Assembly: GCA_951406725.2 (NCBI GenBank)
Contig: OX597820.1
Coordinates: forward strand, 82,274,001 to 82,338,000
Direction: 5' to 3'
DNA from: Octopus vulgaris
Taxonomy: Eukaryota
DNA length: 64,000 nt
This document shows, one piece after another, positions 38,195 to 50,372 of this stretch (positions within the stretch are counted from its first letter, which is position 1; every line of letters starts with the position of its first letter). The notes under the pieces are model-generated. The model worked only from the letters and a program-made list of their open reading frames with translations. It did not search any database and had not been told where the DNA came from. The translations under genes were made by a program, and so were the position numbers.

Positions 38195-38389
38195 ATCCAA
38201 ACATGAAAACACAAAGAGAAAACAACAACGCAAGGACGTGGAACAAAGATAGTATTATTGGACACTCAGGAAAGAAGGGAAGAAGGAGGGTTTAACGTTT
38301 CGAGCGGAGCTCTTCATCGGAAACATAGGAGAAGGAAAGATCCAGAGAAGGGAAGACGGAGGAAAAAAATCGCCAACGGTACACAACAG
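38190..38389 (-). mobile_element. Solo Penelope-like terminal fragment between (TA)n tracts
   Basis: ~200 bp with a hammerhead and architecture like the Neptune-type fragments, but a different sequence family. Confidence 0.7.
38290..38324 (-). ncRNA. Minimal type I hammerhead ribozyme motif
   Basis: Minus strand: gttt CCGATGA A GAGC tcc GCTC GAAAC GTT aaac. All helices pair; helix III is the palindrome AACGTT. Confidence 0.75.
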
Positions 38390-39283
38390 TATATATATAT
38401 ACACACACACATGCATATATTTATATTCATTCACATATTTGTATATGAGTGTGCGCATATGTATTTATTACTCACCTTCCACCCCACCCCCATCACTCAT
38501 TAGTGAAACTCAAACACTCAGATATGAATGCAAAACAGATTCTAACATATTTTCCCATCACACCATATATTCTGAATGAAGAATAACCCCAATAACTATG
38601 CTGTCTTCCCTTTCTCCCCCAACCACACAGTCTAGGCTTCCCCCCCATTTCTCATCACCAATATAAAAAGCATTGACATTATCTTTTGTATCTTGTTATA
38701 TTAATACACCTCTACTATCATCTATTCTAGCAAGTTAGCTTTATGATGCGTGGCCTAGTTCTTTACAGTTAGAGGGTAGCCTTCATTCTATCAGGTGTAC
38801 ATGCACACAAACGTACATAATTATACACATGCATACTCATACAAACTCACGCACATGACATACAAACAGATGTGAACATAGACAAACACATACACATACA
38901 CACACCATATAAGTATGTCTCGGTATATAAGTTTACAAACAAAAGGCAAAGGCACTCGATTTAGAAGCATAGTGTAATTTTTTATTGTAGTACTTGAGAT
39001 TTCTCCCTGTTACTATTCAGAATGTTGAGAAAATCTGTTGCCAGTCATATCAGATTTGATTTGTGACAGACCCCCTTGGCTGCATCAGAATAACATGTCC
39101 ATTACAGTATATATATATATATTATGTGTATACACACACACACACACACATCATCATCATCATTTAGCGTCCGCTTTCCATGCTAGCATGGGTTGGATTG
39201 TTCAACTAGGGTCTGGGAAGCCAGAAGGCTGCACCAGGTCCAGTCTGATCTGGCAATGTTTCTACGGCTGGATGCCCTTCCTA

Positions 39284-39337
<54 letters not shown>

Positions 39338-39403
39338 CATATATACAAGTGAGTGGACAAATGAAAAAAGGGCACTCAACAAATTTATTTGGAGTTACAT
39401 TTA

Positions 39404-39563
39404 TGGATCAAAACAGTTTGATTCAAATTCATTGGTACTCTTGAATTTCAAGTGTGATGCTAGTCATCAGCTGAATTTGAATTTTGAATTCAAAATGGCT
39501 GGCAACTAGCATCACGCTTGAAACTCAAAAGTACCAATGAATTTGAATCAGTGTTTTGATCCA
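39404..39563. repeat. ~160-bp hairpin palindrome (MITE-like)
   Basis: tggatcaaaac...gattcaaattcattggtact...tgatgctagt / actagcatca...agtaccaatgaatttgaatc...gttttgatcca. Confidence 0.85.
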
Positions 39564-39596
39564 CATACACATATTATTCATAAGTATATATATATT

Positions 39597-40095
39597 ACAT
39601 AGAAAAATGCGGGCATGAAAAGTAATATTCTTAAGATTATAAACCTGGAAAAGTACAGGACAAGTTATTACACCTGTAAACTATTACTTCAAGTAAAGTA
39701 AAGAATAAGAAATTTTTTACTTAAAATATTGCAGCAAAGAATGCCAGTTCTAATTTATCACTCTTTACAGTTCTCATCTTTTAAATCTATAGTACAAAAC
39801 TGTTCTGCTAATTTGTAAGTTTTTCTAAGTAGTCACTTTTTTCTGTATTTAAGGTAGTAAATTTGCCAAATTCTTCTTAAATAAGTATAGTGTTATTTGT
39901 AAACTATAATAGAATATTTTTTAATATTCAAATTGTAATTTTAGCTGCAATATTTTAAGTAAAAATTTTCTTATTCTTTACTTTACTAGAAGTAATAGTT
40001 TGTCCTATACTTTTACAGGTGTAATAACTTGTCCTGTACTTTTCCAGGTTTATAATCTTAAGAATATTACTTTTCATACTCACATTTTTCCATGT
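39597..40095. mobile_element. MITE with ~140-150 bp TIRs
   Basis: acatagaaaaatg...aaaatattgcagc (39597-39735) inverts gctgcaatatttt...catttttccatgt (39944-40095). Superfamily not determined. Confidence 0.8.
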
Positions 40096-40509
40096 CATCC
40101 ATGATTTTCCCAGGCATTGCTGTTATAAGATAATTAATAATGTGTCAATTAATAATTTAGGATCTTACATTGGCTCCTAATTTTAGCGTATCAAGCGACC
40201 ACATAGAGGCTCTTTCATTGGTTTGATTGCGTGATGAGACTTTTTTACACATATATGCATAATAGGCATATATATCATCGTCAGAAGTTAGAGAGTAAGT
40301 CAAAAGCAGAGAGTTTTGTGTATTGACGATTATCAAACATGAATTTGATATTGTTACTCTGTAACTTGTGGCGAAATAACTTCTAAAATTCAAAATTTTG
40401 TCAAAAACGTTAAGAGTAAACTCTGTTTTATGTGACACTTTGTACCAGTGTCAGAAGTTTGAAAGTGTTTAGTTAAAAAAAATTAATTAAATAATCTGTA
40501 TGTCAAATT

Positions 40510-40698
40510 GAATAGATCCAAAATGGATAAAAAGCAAAGTCGACCTTGGCGAAATTTGAACTCAAAATGTAAACACAGGCGAAATTTGAACTCAAAATGT
40601 AAACACAGGCGAAATTTGAACTCAAAATGTAAACACAGGTGAAATACCACTAAGCATTTTTACCTGGCACACTAATGTTTCTGTCAGCCAGCTACCTT
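40510..40698 (-). mobile_element. Deu/Nin-type SINE with internal 30-bp triplication
   Basis: ggcgaaatttgaactcaaaatgtaaacaca x3 at 40548-40637, which triplicates the B-box. Confidence 0.8.
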
Positions 40699-41258
40699 AG
40701 GATGTAAACATTCATTTTAGCAATATATTCTTTATTTTTATTGCTTAAGTCTTACTTCCTTACTCTCTTACTTACTGACAAGAAAATTTGTGGCATTTCA
40801 CCCCATAACTGTTTTTCTACTAATTTTTGTTCAATGCGACTAACGACTCTGAATTCCTCATACATTTTTCTGTCATTTAAGCCTAAGAAAAATATACTTT
40901 TATTTAAAAATTAAAAAGTTTATGTTAATTGAAGTTGAATAGGTGCCTTGGGGTCACTTATATTTTGATGTAACTTTTTTCTACTGAAGCAAATCTCAAA
41001 ACTATTAATGCCAAAGTGTAGCTGAGGAGGTGTCTTCTTTAAAACTGTTAACAGTTTGCAATTTAGTTGAGAACTGAATTAATAGTGAAGCTTGGAAGCT
41101 GCTGTGATTGACGAAATGGTGGACTTAAGAATATATTCAACCACTACCATGGACGCCAAATGTTATATTATGATGACAATGATGTATGTGTATGTATGTA
41201 TGTGTATATATATGAGTGTGTGTGTGTGAATATATATATATATGTGAGTGTATGTATG

Positions 41259-41420
41259 CAGGCATGGCTGTGTAGTAAGAAGCTTGCTTCTCAACCACAT
41301 GGTTCCAGGTTCAGTCCCACTGCATGGCACCTTGGGCAAATGTTTTTTCTACTATAGCCTTAGGCTGACCAAAGCCTTGTGAGTGGATTTGGTAGACGGA
41401 AACTTAAAGAAGCCCATCAT
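41259..41420 (+). mobile_element. CORE-type tRNA SINE
   Basis: caggcatggctgtgtagtaagaagcttgc...caccttgggcaaatg...gtagacggaaact. Confidence 0.8.
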
Positions 41421-41733
41421 ATATATTATGGGCTTCCTGTTTGTTTTCTGTCCTGTTTGTGTTACCAATTTATTTTATTTAATTTGCTTTGTGGAAGCAA
41501 CTGTTTTATTGAAAGCGCATATTGTTGTTAAATGCTTGAAATACGAGACTAGTAAAACAGCCAACAACTGATGAAGGGCCGTTCTTTATGTTGTTTGGTT
41601 TGTTTTGTTTTCCATACGTTGTTTGAAAGAATAGTTCATGTTCCATTGTTTTGTTGTACACATTTTGTGATGTTCTGTGCCCACATATGTATATATATAC
41701 ATCTAGATGTATGTACATATATGTATGTATATA

Positions 41734-41773
<40 letters not shown>

Positions 41774-41849
41774 CGTAAACACCAGCATCGGTTGTCAAGC
41801 AATGCTATATATATATATATATATATATACAAGGCTTCTTTCAGTTTCC

Positions 41850-41917
<68 letters not shown>

Positions 41918-41961
41918 TATATTATTATATGATTGAATGCCATGCATCCTCTTCGAAGTAA

Positions 41962-42486
41962 GTTTTTAATTTTAATTAAATTCCATTTCCCTTTGATATG
42001 TTTAAATACTGTAAGTTTTTGGATAATTTTCGGTTAATAAGTTTAGCGGTTTTATTGTAGCTAACGAAGGACTGCGTCTGCGCAGTAAATTTGAAAAGTT
42101 AGCTCATATAAACACGAGACAGGTAGCCTTGTTCTGTCTCGTATGGATATGTTTAGCACTAGGTTGGACCTGCTGAAGAAAATCAAACCTTGTGAGTTCT
42201 CCATGACTCGCTAAAAGATGATCAGAAACCAATTGGTCCAAGAAACTAGATGGTAAATGTTCTTCATTTCCAAATTTGTTCCTGTCGAATTTTGTCCCGA
42301 ATTTTTTGTGGTCATAGAACTTAGCTGTTCTTTCTAATGTGTAGAATCCCTATAAGTGGATTCTCTCTGTGTTTAAATATACTCTATATCGTATGACTAA
42401 TTTATAGTCTTTTGACTAAAATTTTTTTACGCATAAATTTTAATTGAATGTTTTTAATTTTAATTAAATTCCATTTCCCTTTGATA
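41962..42486 (+). mobile_element. Non-coding, terminally redundant unit with hammerhead-like motif (PLE pLTR or retrozyme-like)
   Basis: 37-bp direct repeat gtttttaattttaattaaattccatttccctttgata at 41962-41998 and 42450-42486. CTGAAGA...GAAAC caattg GTC at 42173-42238. Confidence 0.65.
42159..42249 (+). ncRNA. Type I hammerhead-like motif with extended helix II
   Basis: CTGAAGA (42173), atca/tgat and gtgagt/actcgc stems, GAAAC (42225), palindromic ACCAATTGGT helix III, GUC site. Helix I is imperfect. Confidence 0.55.
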
Positions 42487-43809
42487 CCCAGTGTAAGCTA
42501 TGGACGCATAAGAGGTGCAGCAACATCAAAGGGAAATTAACTGATAAGATAGCTTTCATGTGCGGCAGATGCACAGGGACAATAGACACCACAGATACTC
42601 AGAAAACAGATTCCATCACACTCCAGGGGGAGAAACTAGAAGTAGTTGATAGTTTCCACTACCTGGGTGACCAACTTAGTAGTGGAGGTGGATGCTCAGA
42701 GAGTGCCACCACTAGAATACGAATAGCCTGGGCAAAGTTCAGAAAGCTCCTAACCCTACTGGCGACAAAGGGTCTCTCACTCAAAGGGAAAGGTAGATTG
42801 TATGACGCATGTGTGCAAACTGCCATGCTTCACGGTAGTGAAATATGGGCTGTAACTGCAGAGGACATGCGTAGATTTGAAAGGAATGAAGCTAGCATGA
42901 TCCGCTGGATGTGTAATGTCAGTGTGCGCGCATGAAAGAGGGTAAGCACCCTGAGAGAAATGCTGGACATAAGAAGCATCAGATGTGGTGTGCAAGAGCA
43001 ACGTTTGCGATGGTATGGTCATGTACTGCGGATGGATGAGGAGAGATGTGTGGAAGAAGTGCCACTCCCAAACAGTTGAAGGTATCAGGGGGAGAGGTAG
43101 ACCCAGGAAGACATGGGATGAGGTAGTCAAGCATGACCTCAGAGCGTTGGGCCTCACTGAGGCAATAGCGAAGGACGGAGATCTCTGGAGATATGCTGTG
43201 ACTGCAAAGACCCGGGCTGCTTCCTGCACCAGTTCCGCATAGCCCCTGCCCATTCAAAGTACCTTGGATTCCAGAACATCCCGCTGTGCTTGAGGAGACC
43301 TGTTGAGTCAAGTACATGAACATCGAAATAAATATCAATGGAAATAGTAGTTGTGATACCTGTGCTGGTGGCACATAAAAAGCACCATCCGAACGTGGCC
43401 GTTGCCAGCGCCGCCTCGACTGGCTTCTGTGCTGGTGGCACATAAAAAGCACCATCCGAACGTGGCCGATGCCAGCGCTGCCTCGACTGGCTCTAGTGCC
43501 AGTGGCACATAAAAAGCACCATCCGAACATGGCTGATGCCAGCGCCGCCTTGGCTGGCTTCCGTGCCGGTGGCACGTTAAAAGCACCAACCGATCGTGGC
43601 CGATGCCGGACTCCCCTGGCACCTGTGCAGGTGGCACGTAAAAAGCACCCACTACACTCGCGGAGTGGTTGGTGTTAAGAAGGGCAGCCAGCTGTAGAAA
43701 CACTGCCAGATCAGACTGGAGCCTGGTGCAGCCCCTGGCTTCCCAGACCCAGGTCGAACCGTCCAACCCGTGCTAGTGTGGAAAACGGACGTTAAACGAT
43801 GATGATGAT
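42487..43809 (+). mobile_element. 5'-truncated RTE LINE with full 3' UTR and (GAT)n tail
   Basis: CKLWTHKRC...FHYLGD...HGSEIW...GRGRPRKTW. Repeat array 43360-43650. Ends gttaaacgatgatgat. Confidence 0.93.
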
Positions 43810-44339
43810 ATATAAGTGAAACATCCAAACACTGAGATTTGAAATCAGATGTCACTACTGTTCATCTCATCTGTGGATAAATTTTAAAATTGATGTTATC
43901 ACCAGCAGTGACATAGGTGGATCACAGGTGCAATAGCTATGAATTATAAATTTTTACGAAGTGGTGGGATGCTTAAACAAGCATCCACCTGCTAGAAATA
44001 AGAGCCAAAGTCTTAAATTTATCCCCCATACCACACCAAGATAACAGAGAAAAACAGTATGTGAGGAAAACAGAAAGAATTAAAACATATAACAGCACAA
44101 ATAAAATATGCAATTAAGGATATCCACATACCAGGTTTCGGCTTCTGAATATTTAAACCCTGAGCCTTGTCAGTATGACCTACTGGCTCATAATCCATAA
44201 CTGTCTTTAATCCAGATTCTCCATCACATGTCAGCACAGGAATCAAACATCGGATTGAAAGAACTGAACAGTGGTATAAATATCAACGCAATTATTTCTT
44301 CTTCTCTTTCTTCTTTCTTCCCTTCTCCACCAACAGCCC

Positions 44340-45180
44340 TTCCAGATACAAAGGCACCCCCCCACACACACTCTTACAAAATAATGATAAAAAGAAATCC
44401 AGACAATTTTTTGAGAAGTGACATTTTAACCCCCTTGAAGTGGCCAGCTAAGTTTTCCAATTTCTAAAATCGAAAAATCATTTACTGACCAGTTGCAAAA
44501 ATATAAACACACTTTTTTTTTCTCCCCTCCTCCTTCCTTTCATTCCCCTTTCCCATTTAACACTCCTTTCAGATATGCAGACACCCACACCCACACACAC
44601 ACAGGCACATACACACGTACACACACACACTCTCTCACAAGACAATGATAAAAAGGAAATCCAGACAATTTTTTGAAAAGTGATATTCTGGCCCTTCCTT
44701 GGAGTGACCAGCTTGATTTACCATTGCTAAAAACCAAGAATTGATTGTTATTGACAGACCAAACAACAAAATTTTTTCTTCTTTCTCTCCTTCTTTTTCG
44801 TTTCCTTCTCTCTTTTTCTCTAACACTTGTTTCAGATACAAAAACACACACACACACACACACACACACATGCGCACACACACATACACACACACACTCT
44901 CTCTCTCACAAGAGAATGATAAAAAGGAAATACAGACAATTTATTGAAAAGTGACATTTTGCCCCCCTTGGAGTAAACAACTGATTTTGCCATTACTAAA
45001 AGCAAAGAATCAATTATTATTGACAACCTAACCAGCAGCAAAGAGACCAACAAATTTTTTTTTCTTTTTTCTCTCCCTTTACTTCCTTTCCTTCTTTTTC
45101 TTAAACACTACTTTCAGATACAAAAAAACACACACACACAGACACACATGCATACACACACACACACACACACACACACA
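44340..45180. repeat. Three diverged ~250-280 bp tandem units with CA tracts
   Basis: Recurrent aatgataaaaag(g)aaat(c/a)cagacaattt(t/a)ttga(g/a)aagtga at ~44383, ~44645 and ~44915. Confidence 0.75.
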
Positions 45181-45679
45181 TGTTCTCTCTCACTTTCTCC
45201 CCATTCATCACCCTCTTCTACTATCTTATATCTCTCCCCACCACTACACACTCAATAACACTATAAAAAGAGTCAAATTTTCTCTAAGAACTTAGTTCAA
45301 CTTGACAACTCCGCTAGAATGGATGAAAGCTCTATATATATGATGTATGACATATGATATATGATGTATAAAAACATGTAATATCCAAATAAATATTTGT
45401 AAATATAAAACCATCCGGATTTCTGAGTATCTCATTTCTTCTAATATATAATACCTGTACATCATCTCCAAACCTTCTAATATATATAGTCATATCTATG
45501 CTGATAACACGAAGAAGGGGCTTATTGCTTATTTTCCATTCACCAAAGTGATCGGAACTTTGGCCAGGAGGAACTGATGTCATCAGATGGTAAACAACGA
45601 TCATCAAGTACTTCGATCCTGTATTGTAACACTCTATCATTGGTGGGTCAGCAGCGGTGGCCACATTACTGCTCACTTT

Positions 45680-47010
45680 CTCATGCTGGCCTCCAGTTTA
45701 ACTCCTTTGTCTTGCTCCATGACCAGCAAGAGGCTCTTTCAGCTGCCTCTCCCATCCTGCACAAAGCTACCCATTGTTACTTTCTTCTCATTCCTATGGT
45801 TGTAAGGCATCTTCCTTCAGACTGGGCAAGTGTTCCCTATAGCCAGCTTCAACTGGGAAGAGCCATGATGTCCATCCCTTCTCACTGCAGTTCTACAGAA
45901 GGCTCTCGTACTTGCCAACAAATGACAGGAATAGTGGTTTATTTTTAGCCAAGTATTTCTTCTGCAGTTTCCTTACTAGGAAGATTGCATCCATGGTACC
46001 TTGAGACATGAAGCCAAATTGCATTTCATCTAGGTCTACCAGTCACAAATCAGTTGTGTTATATGACTATCTCTCTCTCTGATATTCATAACCTGATCCA
46101 GTAGTTTGATTCCTCTATAGATCCTTCTCTTTAATGTGTCTCCTCTGCCTTAGTAGCAGTTTATTATGATACTACAAGACATTGGATTTGATTCCTTCTT
46201 GTACAACTTGATTGTTTATCCTAGCAATAATCAGGTACCCTGTCTCACTAAATATTTTGAGCATCTTCTCAACTATCCTTAATGGGCCGGCAATTTTCCC
46301 TGTTCTCATGTTCTTCATTGCTGTTAATTTGAACTACACATCCCTCTGTTGGGTTAGCATGAGATTATAACCCTTTATCCCATGCTCTTTCCACATTCAA
46401 TAATCTCCCATCAGATCACTTCCATGCTTATTTCTTGTCTTCCATATCAGTGGTGAATATACTTTCATCATTCTGAATACTTTTCTCACCAATGACATCG
46501 TGGTCCTTTGTCACATGCTGTCTTGCAATCTTCAACAACACATGCTCTGATCCTGATGTTACAAGACATTTGCAAATCTCTTCCTTAGCCAAGTATAACT
46601 TCTAGCTTATACTTGTATGCCTTTCTAAGCCATTTGAAAATGCTTCCTATTACCACCTTCTTTCCAGCATTTCCAACACTGTCTCTTGACGCTTACTACT
46701 TGTCATCCACATCATTCTGCCACCATGTTACTTTTAGCTTAGCTGGGATTTTGCTCCAACCACATATCTGAGTTGTAGCCTTAAGCAGGTTATTTTAGAG
46801 AAACACAGTTTTCACTTAGGCTACAGGTATCAAACTCTACTTTCCTACAGTCACAGGTGTCAATTAGAATTTTTAAAAAAATCTGTTCCCAATTTCAGGA
46901 TCTTTTAGTTTCCATATCTTCTTTCTCCATGTTGTCTTTCATTTCTGTGTCTGCCAGCTTCTGACTCTGACGTAACTAGTTACTAATCTATGTTGTGTTG
47001 TGCATTCTTC
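45680..47010 (-). mobile_element. Old decayed RTE LINE fragment
   Basis: Reverse complement resembles 3730-4960 (ggatcaggttatgaa, agatgaaatgcaatttgg, gggaaaattgccggccca). Confidence 0.65.
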
Positions 47011-47120
47011 ACCAGGAAAGGTACATACACTCTTACACATACACATAATATATGCATGTATGCAGTCATATCAACAGACAATTGTAAGTTTCTCTCTCTC
47101 CCCACCTCTCTCTAAATATA

Positions 47121-47159
<39 letters not shown>

Positions 47160-47904
47160 ATATGTGCATACATGTGCATGTGGGTGGCTGTTTGTATGTG
47201 TGAATATGTGTAATATATTCCAGTATATTTTTAACCATAAGTAAACAAAAAAAAAATGAAAAAAGAAGATATTAATAATATACATACAAACATATATATG
47301 TATATAAACATATATATCAAGAATCTAAAAATGTTTTAGAAGTTTTTCCAAACTCTCCAAAACATTGGAATGTAATTGGTCAGGATTTGTTTGTAAACTA
47401 TTTCTAAATCTACTAAAATATTCTGACAGCTTTGTTATGTGCCACATATGGTTGCTGGTAATGGTTATAAATAACATACAGTCTACAGGAAAGAGATAGA
47501 TAGATAGAGAGAGAGAGATATATATAGGGGGAGGGAGAGGGGGGAGATATAGTGAAAGAGAGAGGGAGATGGAGTGGGGTTGTTATGTATGTTTGTGTTT
47601 GTGTTTTGCCATATTTTGTCTATGTAGCTGCAGGCAGGGCTGTGGGGTTGAGAAATTAATTTTGTAACCCTGTATGTTTGTCTTTGAATCTGCTGTGTGA
47701 CTCATTGAGCAGGTGCCTTCTATTGTAGCCTTTGGTTAAATAATATCTTGTAAATGGAATTTAGTAGATGGAAACAGTTCAAAATCCTCACTACAACTGT
47801 ATCTCCATCCACACTATGTATGTAGATATTTGCACGTGTGTGGGTGTTATTTAGTAGTTCAATATTTTAGATCTTTAAAATAGATGAAAAAATATTATTA
47901 ATTA

Positions 47905-48240
47905 CAGGTGGTACAGGTGTGGCTATGTGGTAAGAAGTTTGCTTCCCAACTACATAGTTCTGGGTGGCAAGTGACTTCTACTATATCCTCTGACTGACCA
48001 AAGCTTTGTGAGTGGATTTGATAAAAGGAAACTGAAAGAAGTCTGTCGTGTATGTATATGTTGTCACTTATTATTATATACATAGGTGCTGTGTGGTAAG
48101 TAGCTTGCTTACCAACCACATGGTTTCGAGTTCAGTCCCACTGCATGGCACTTTGGGCAAGTGTCTTCTACTATAGCCTCGGGCCAACCAAAGCCTTGTG
48201 AGTGGATTTGGTAGACGGAAACTGAAAGAAGCCCATCGTA
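47905..48240 (+). mobile_element. Two adjacent CORE-type SINE copies
   Basis: tgtggtaagaagtttgcttcccaac... (~47920) and gtgtggtaagtagcttgcttaccaaccacatgg...gaagcccatcg (48083-48240). Confidence 0.8.
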
Positions 48241-48334
48241 TATATGTATATATAAGTGTGTGTGTTTGTGTGTCTGTGTTTGTGTGTGTGTATACATATA
48301 GACATACATATATATATCTACACATACACTTGTA

Positions 48335-48369
<35 letters not shown>

Positions 48370-49679
48370 GTCATTCATATCTATCTATCTATTGGCCTGT
48401 GTGTGTCTCTCTCTCTCTATATATAAATTCATATCTAACTATCTATCTATTTGTCTGTGTGTGTGTGTGTCTCTATCTCTATATATATACATATGTATGT
48501 ATATGTATGTATGTTTATAGTACATCTTTGTTTATGATACATGTTTGTGTGAGTGTGTTCATGTTTCCTGTCTATACAGTTGCTTGTTTGCAGTCTTACC
48601 ATGAAAGCTGATCCAGGCTTGTTGATGTTTTGACATGTTGACTTGTTGCATGATTAATTTATAAATATATTTATGCTCATTTATACTGGTGTCATTTGTT
48701 TTCAGTTGTCTATGTAAACAAGTTCAGGTTATTGTTTGATTAACTGGAAACAATTGAGAGTTGGCAACAATCTGGGCATCTGGCCAAAGAAAACTCTGCC
48801 CCCACAAATTCTCATCTGATCCATATGAACATGGAAAAGTATGTGTTAAAATGATGATAATATATAAATCAACATTACCAACATCATTTTTACATTTGCT
48901 TTTCATACTGGCATGTGCTGGACAGGTTGTTTCAGACTAAGTCAGTTCTTGTTTGGAGTTTTAGTCCTCTTTGATAGTTTGGTAGATCACACCTTGCTTG
49001 AATGTTTGTCATTGTTTCTATGGTTGGTTGCACTTGACTGAGTGTAGTTTATCATAGTATCAGCACTATGTACTTTGCTAAACAAAAGGTGTTTTTTTCT
49101 GCTCAGTATTGTTATTTGTATGCTACAGCTCTCTCTTCATTTGAAGAGAGAGCTGTTGCTGAAGATCTAGGATGGAAAGAAGAAAGAGCAAGTGTATGAA
49201 AGGAGAGACAGAATGATTGGGGTGACTGAATGGAGGAGGAGGGAGAAAAGAGAAAGACAGTTCTAGATGTAACAAAAGATGTAATACTAATAGTATTAGT
49301 AGGGTGTTATAGGACAGTAATCCTTGAAGATAATGGGTGAGGGCAAGTAATGGATAGTGTCTAAGGGTTAGCAGTAAGAGTGTAATGGATGTTAATAAAG
49401 AGTTACCTGAAGGAGGGGCATTGGATAGGTAGTGTTAGCTGTGAAGAGTATGTACAAGTAATGCATAGTTAAGATGACAATGGTAATAAACTATAGATAC
49501 CTGAGGGAGAGGGAGTAAAGGTAGGGGAGGACTGTATGAAATCCAGTGCTGTCTATCATTATAGTAGCTCATAGTGTGAGTCAGTAGGTTCTGGTGATGG
49601 TTGGGTCCTGTTATCTTCCCCACTTATTAAAACTTTTGTCTTTAACTAAGTTTAGATTGAAGTCTCCCAATTCTAGATT

Positions 49680-49857
49680 GGCTATAAGAACTAGCTTATC
49701 AATATACAAAAGTACTTATGATTAGGCTATAAGAACTAGCTTATCAATATACAAAAGTACTTATGATTAGGCTATAAGAACTAGCTTATCAATATACAAA
49801 AGTACTTATGATTAGGCTATAAGAACTAGCTTATCAATATACAAAAGTACTTATGAT
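49680..49857. repeat. Perfect minisatellite, 45 bp x ~4
   Basis: ggctataagaactagcttatcaatatacaaaagtacttatgatta, units starting at 49680, 49725, 49770 and 49815. Confidence 0.95.
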
Positions 49858-50372
49858 CAGCCACTTTTAAACTTCTTTATTATGGCTTGTCCTTGATAGA
49901 TTTCTACCAGTATACTAAATTCATTGTTGAATTTATTGCTGATTCTTACCTTGTTGAGTGTGCCTCTCCACAAGTCATTCATCTACCAACCAGATTACAC
50001 TGTAGAAACCTGTCAAAGGCCTCTAGTTGCTGAATTCCAGGTATAAGACCTTACTTCGAGGTAAGTTCTTCTGGAATTGTCTCAGTGGTACCTACTTTTT
50101 CCTGGTACAAAGTTCAACAGCATTTCATGTATACTAATTCTCTTTGTAATCAGTTATACAAATTAGACTTGTATGTGATGTAGTAGTGGAGAAGTGGTAG
50201 TATTGTTGTTGGTAGCAGTGATGATAGTGGAGTTGTAGGAGTGGAAATGATGATGATGACAATGCTGACATTGGGAGTGATGGTGGTAGTGTGCTGTTGT
50301 TGTCGGTGGTGGTGGTGGTGGTGGTAGTGGTGGTGATGATGATGATGATGATGATGATGATTCTCTTTTTAG

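Noticed and set aside
41520-41600. CTGATGA at ~41568 preceded by GAAA, a possible type II hammerhead
   Set aside because: I could not build convincing helices I-III around it.
45495-45570. CTGATAA...GGAAC motif resembling the hammerhead at 42173
   Set aside because: Both core segments are mutated and the helices are weak; at most a dead relic.
49680-49857. CRISPR-like regular repeats (also 1-290 and 40548-40637)
   Set aside because: Contiguous tandem units with no unique spacers, no cas genes and a eukaryotic context.
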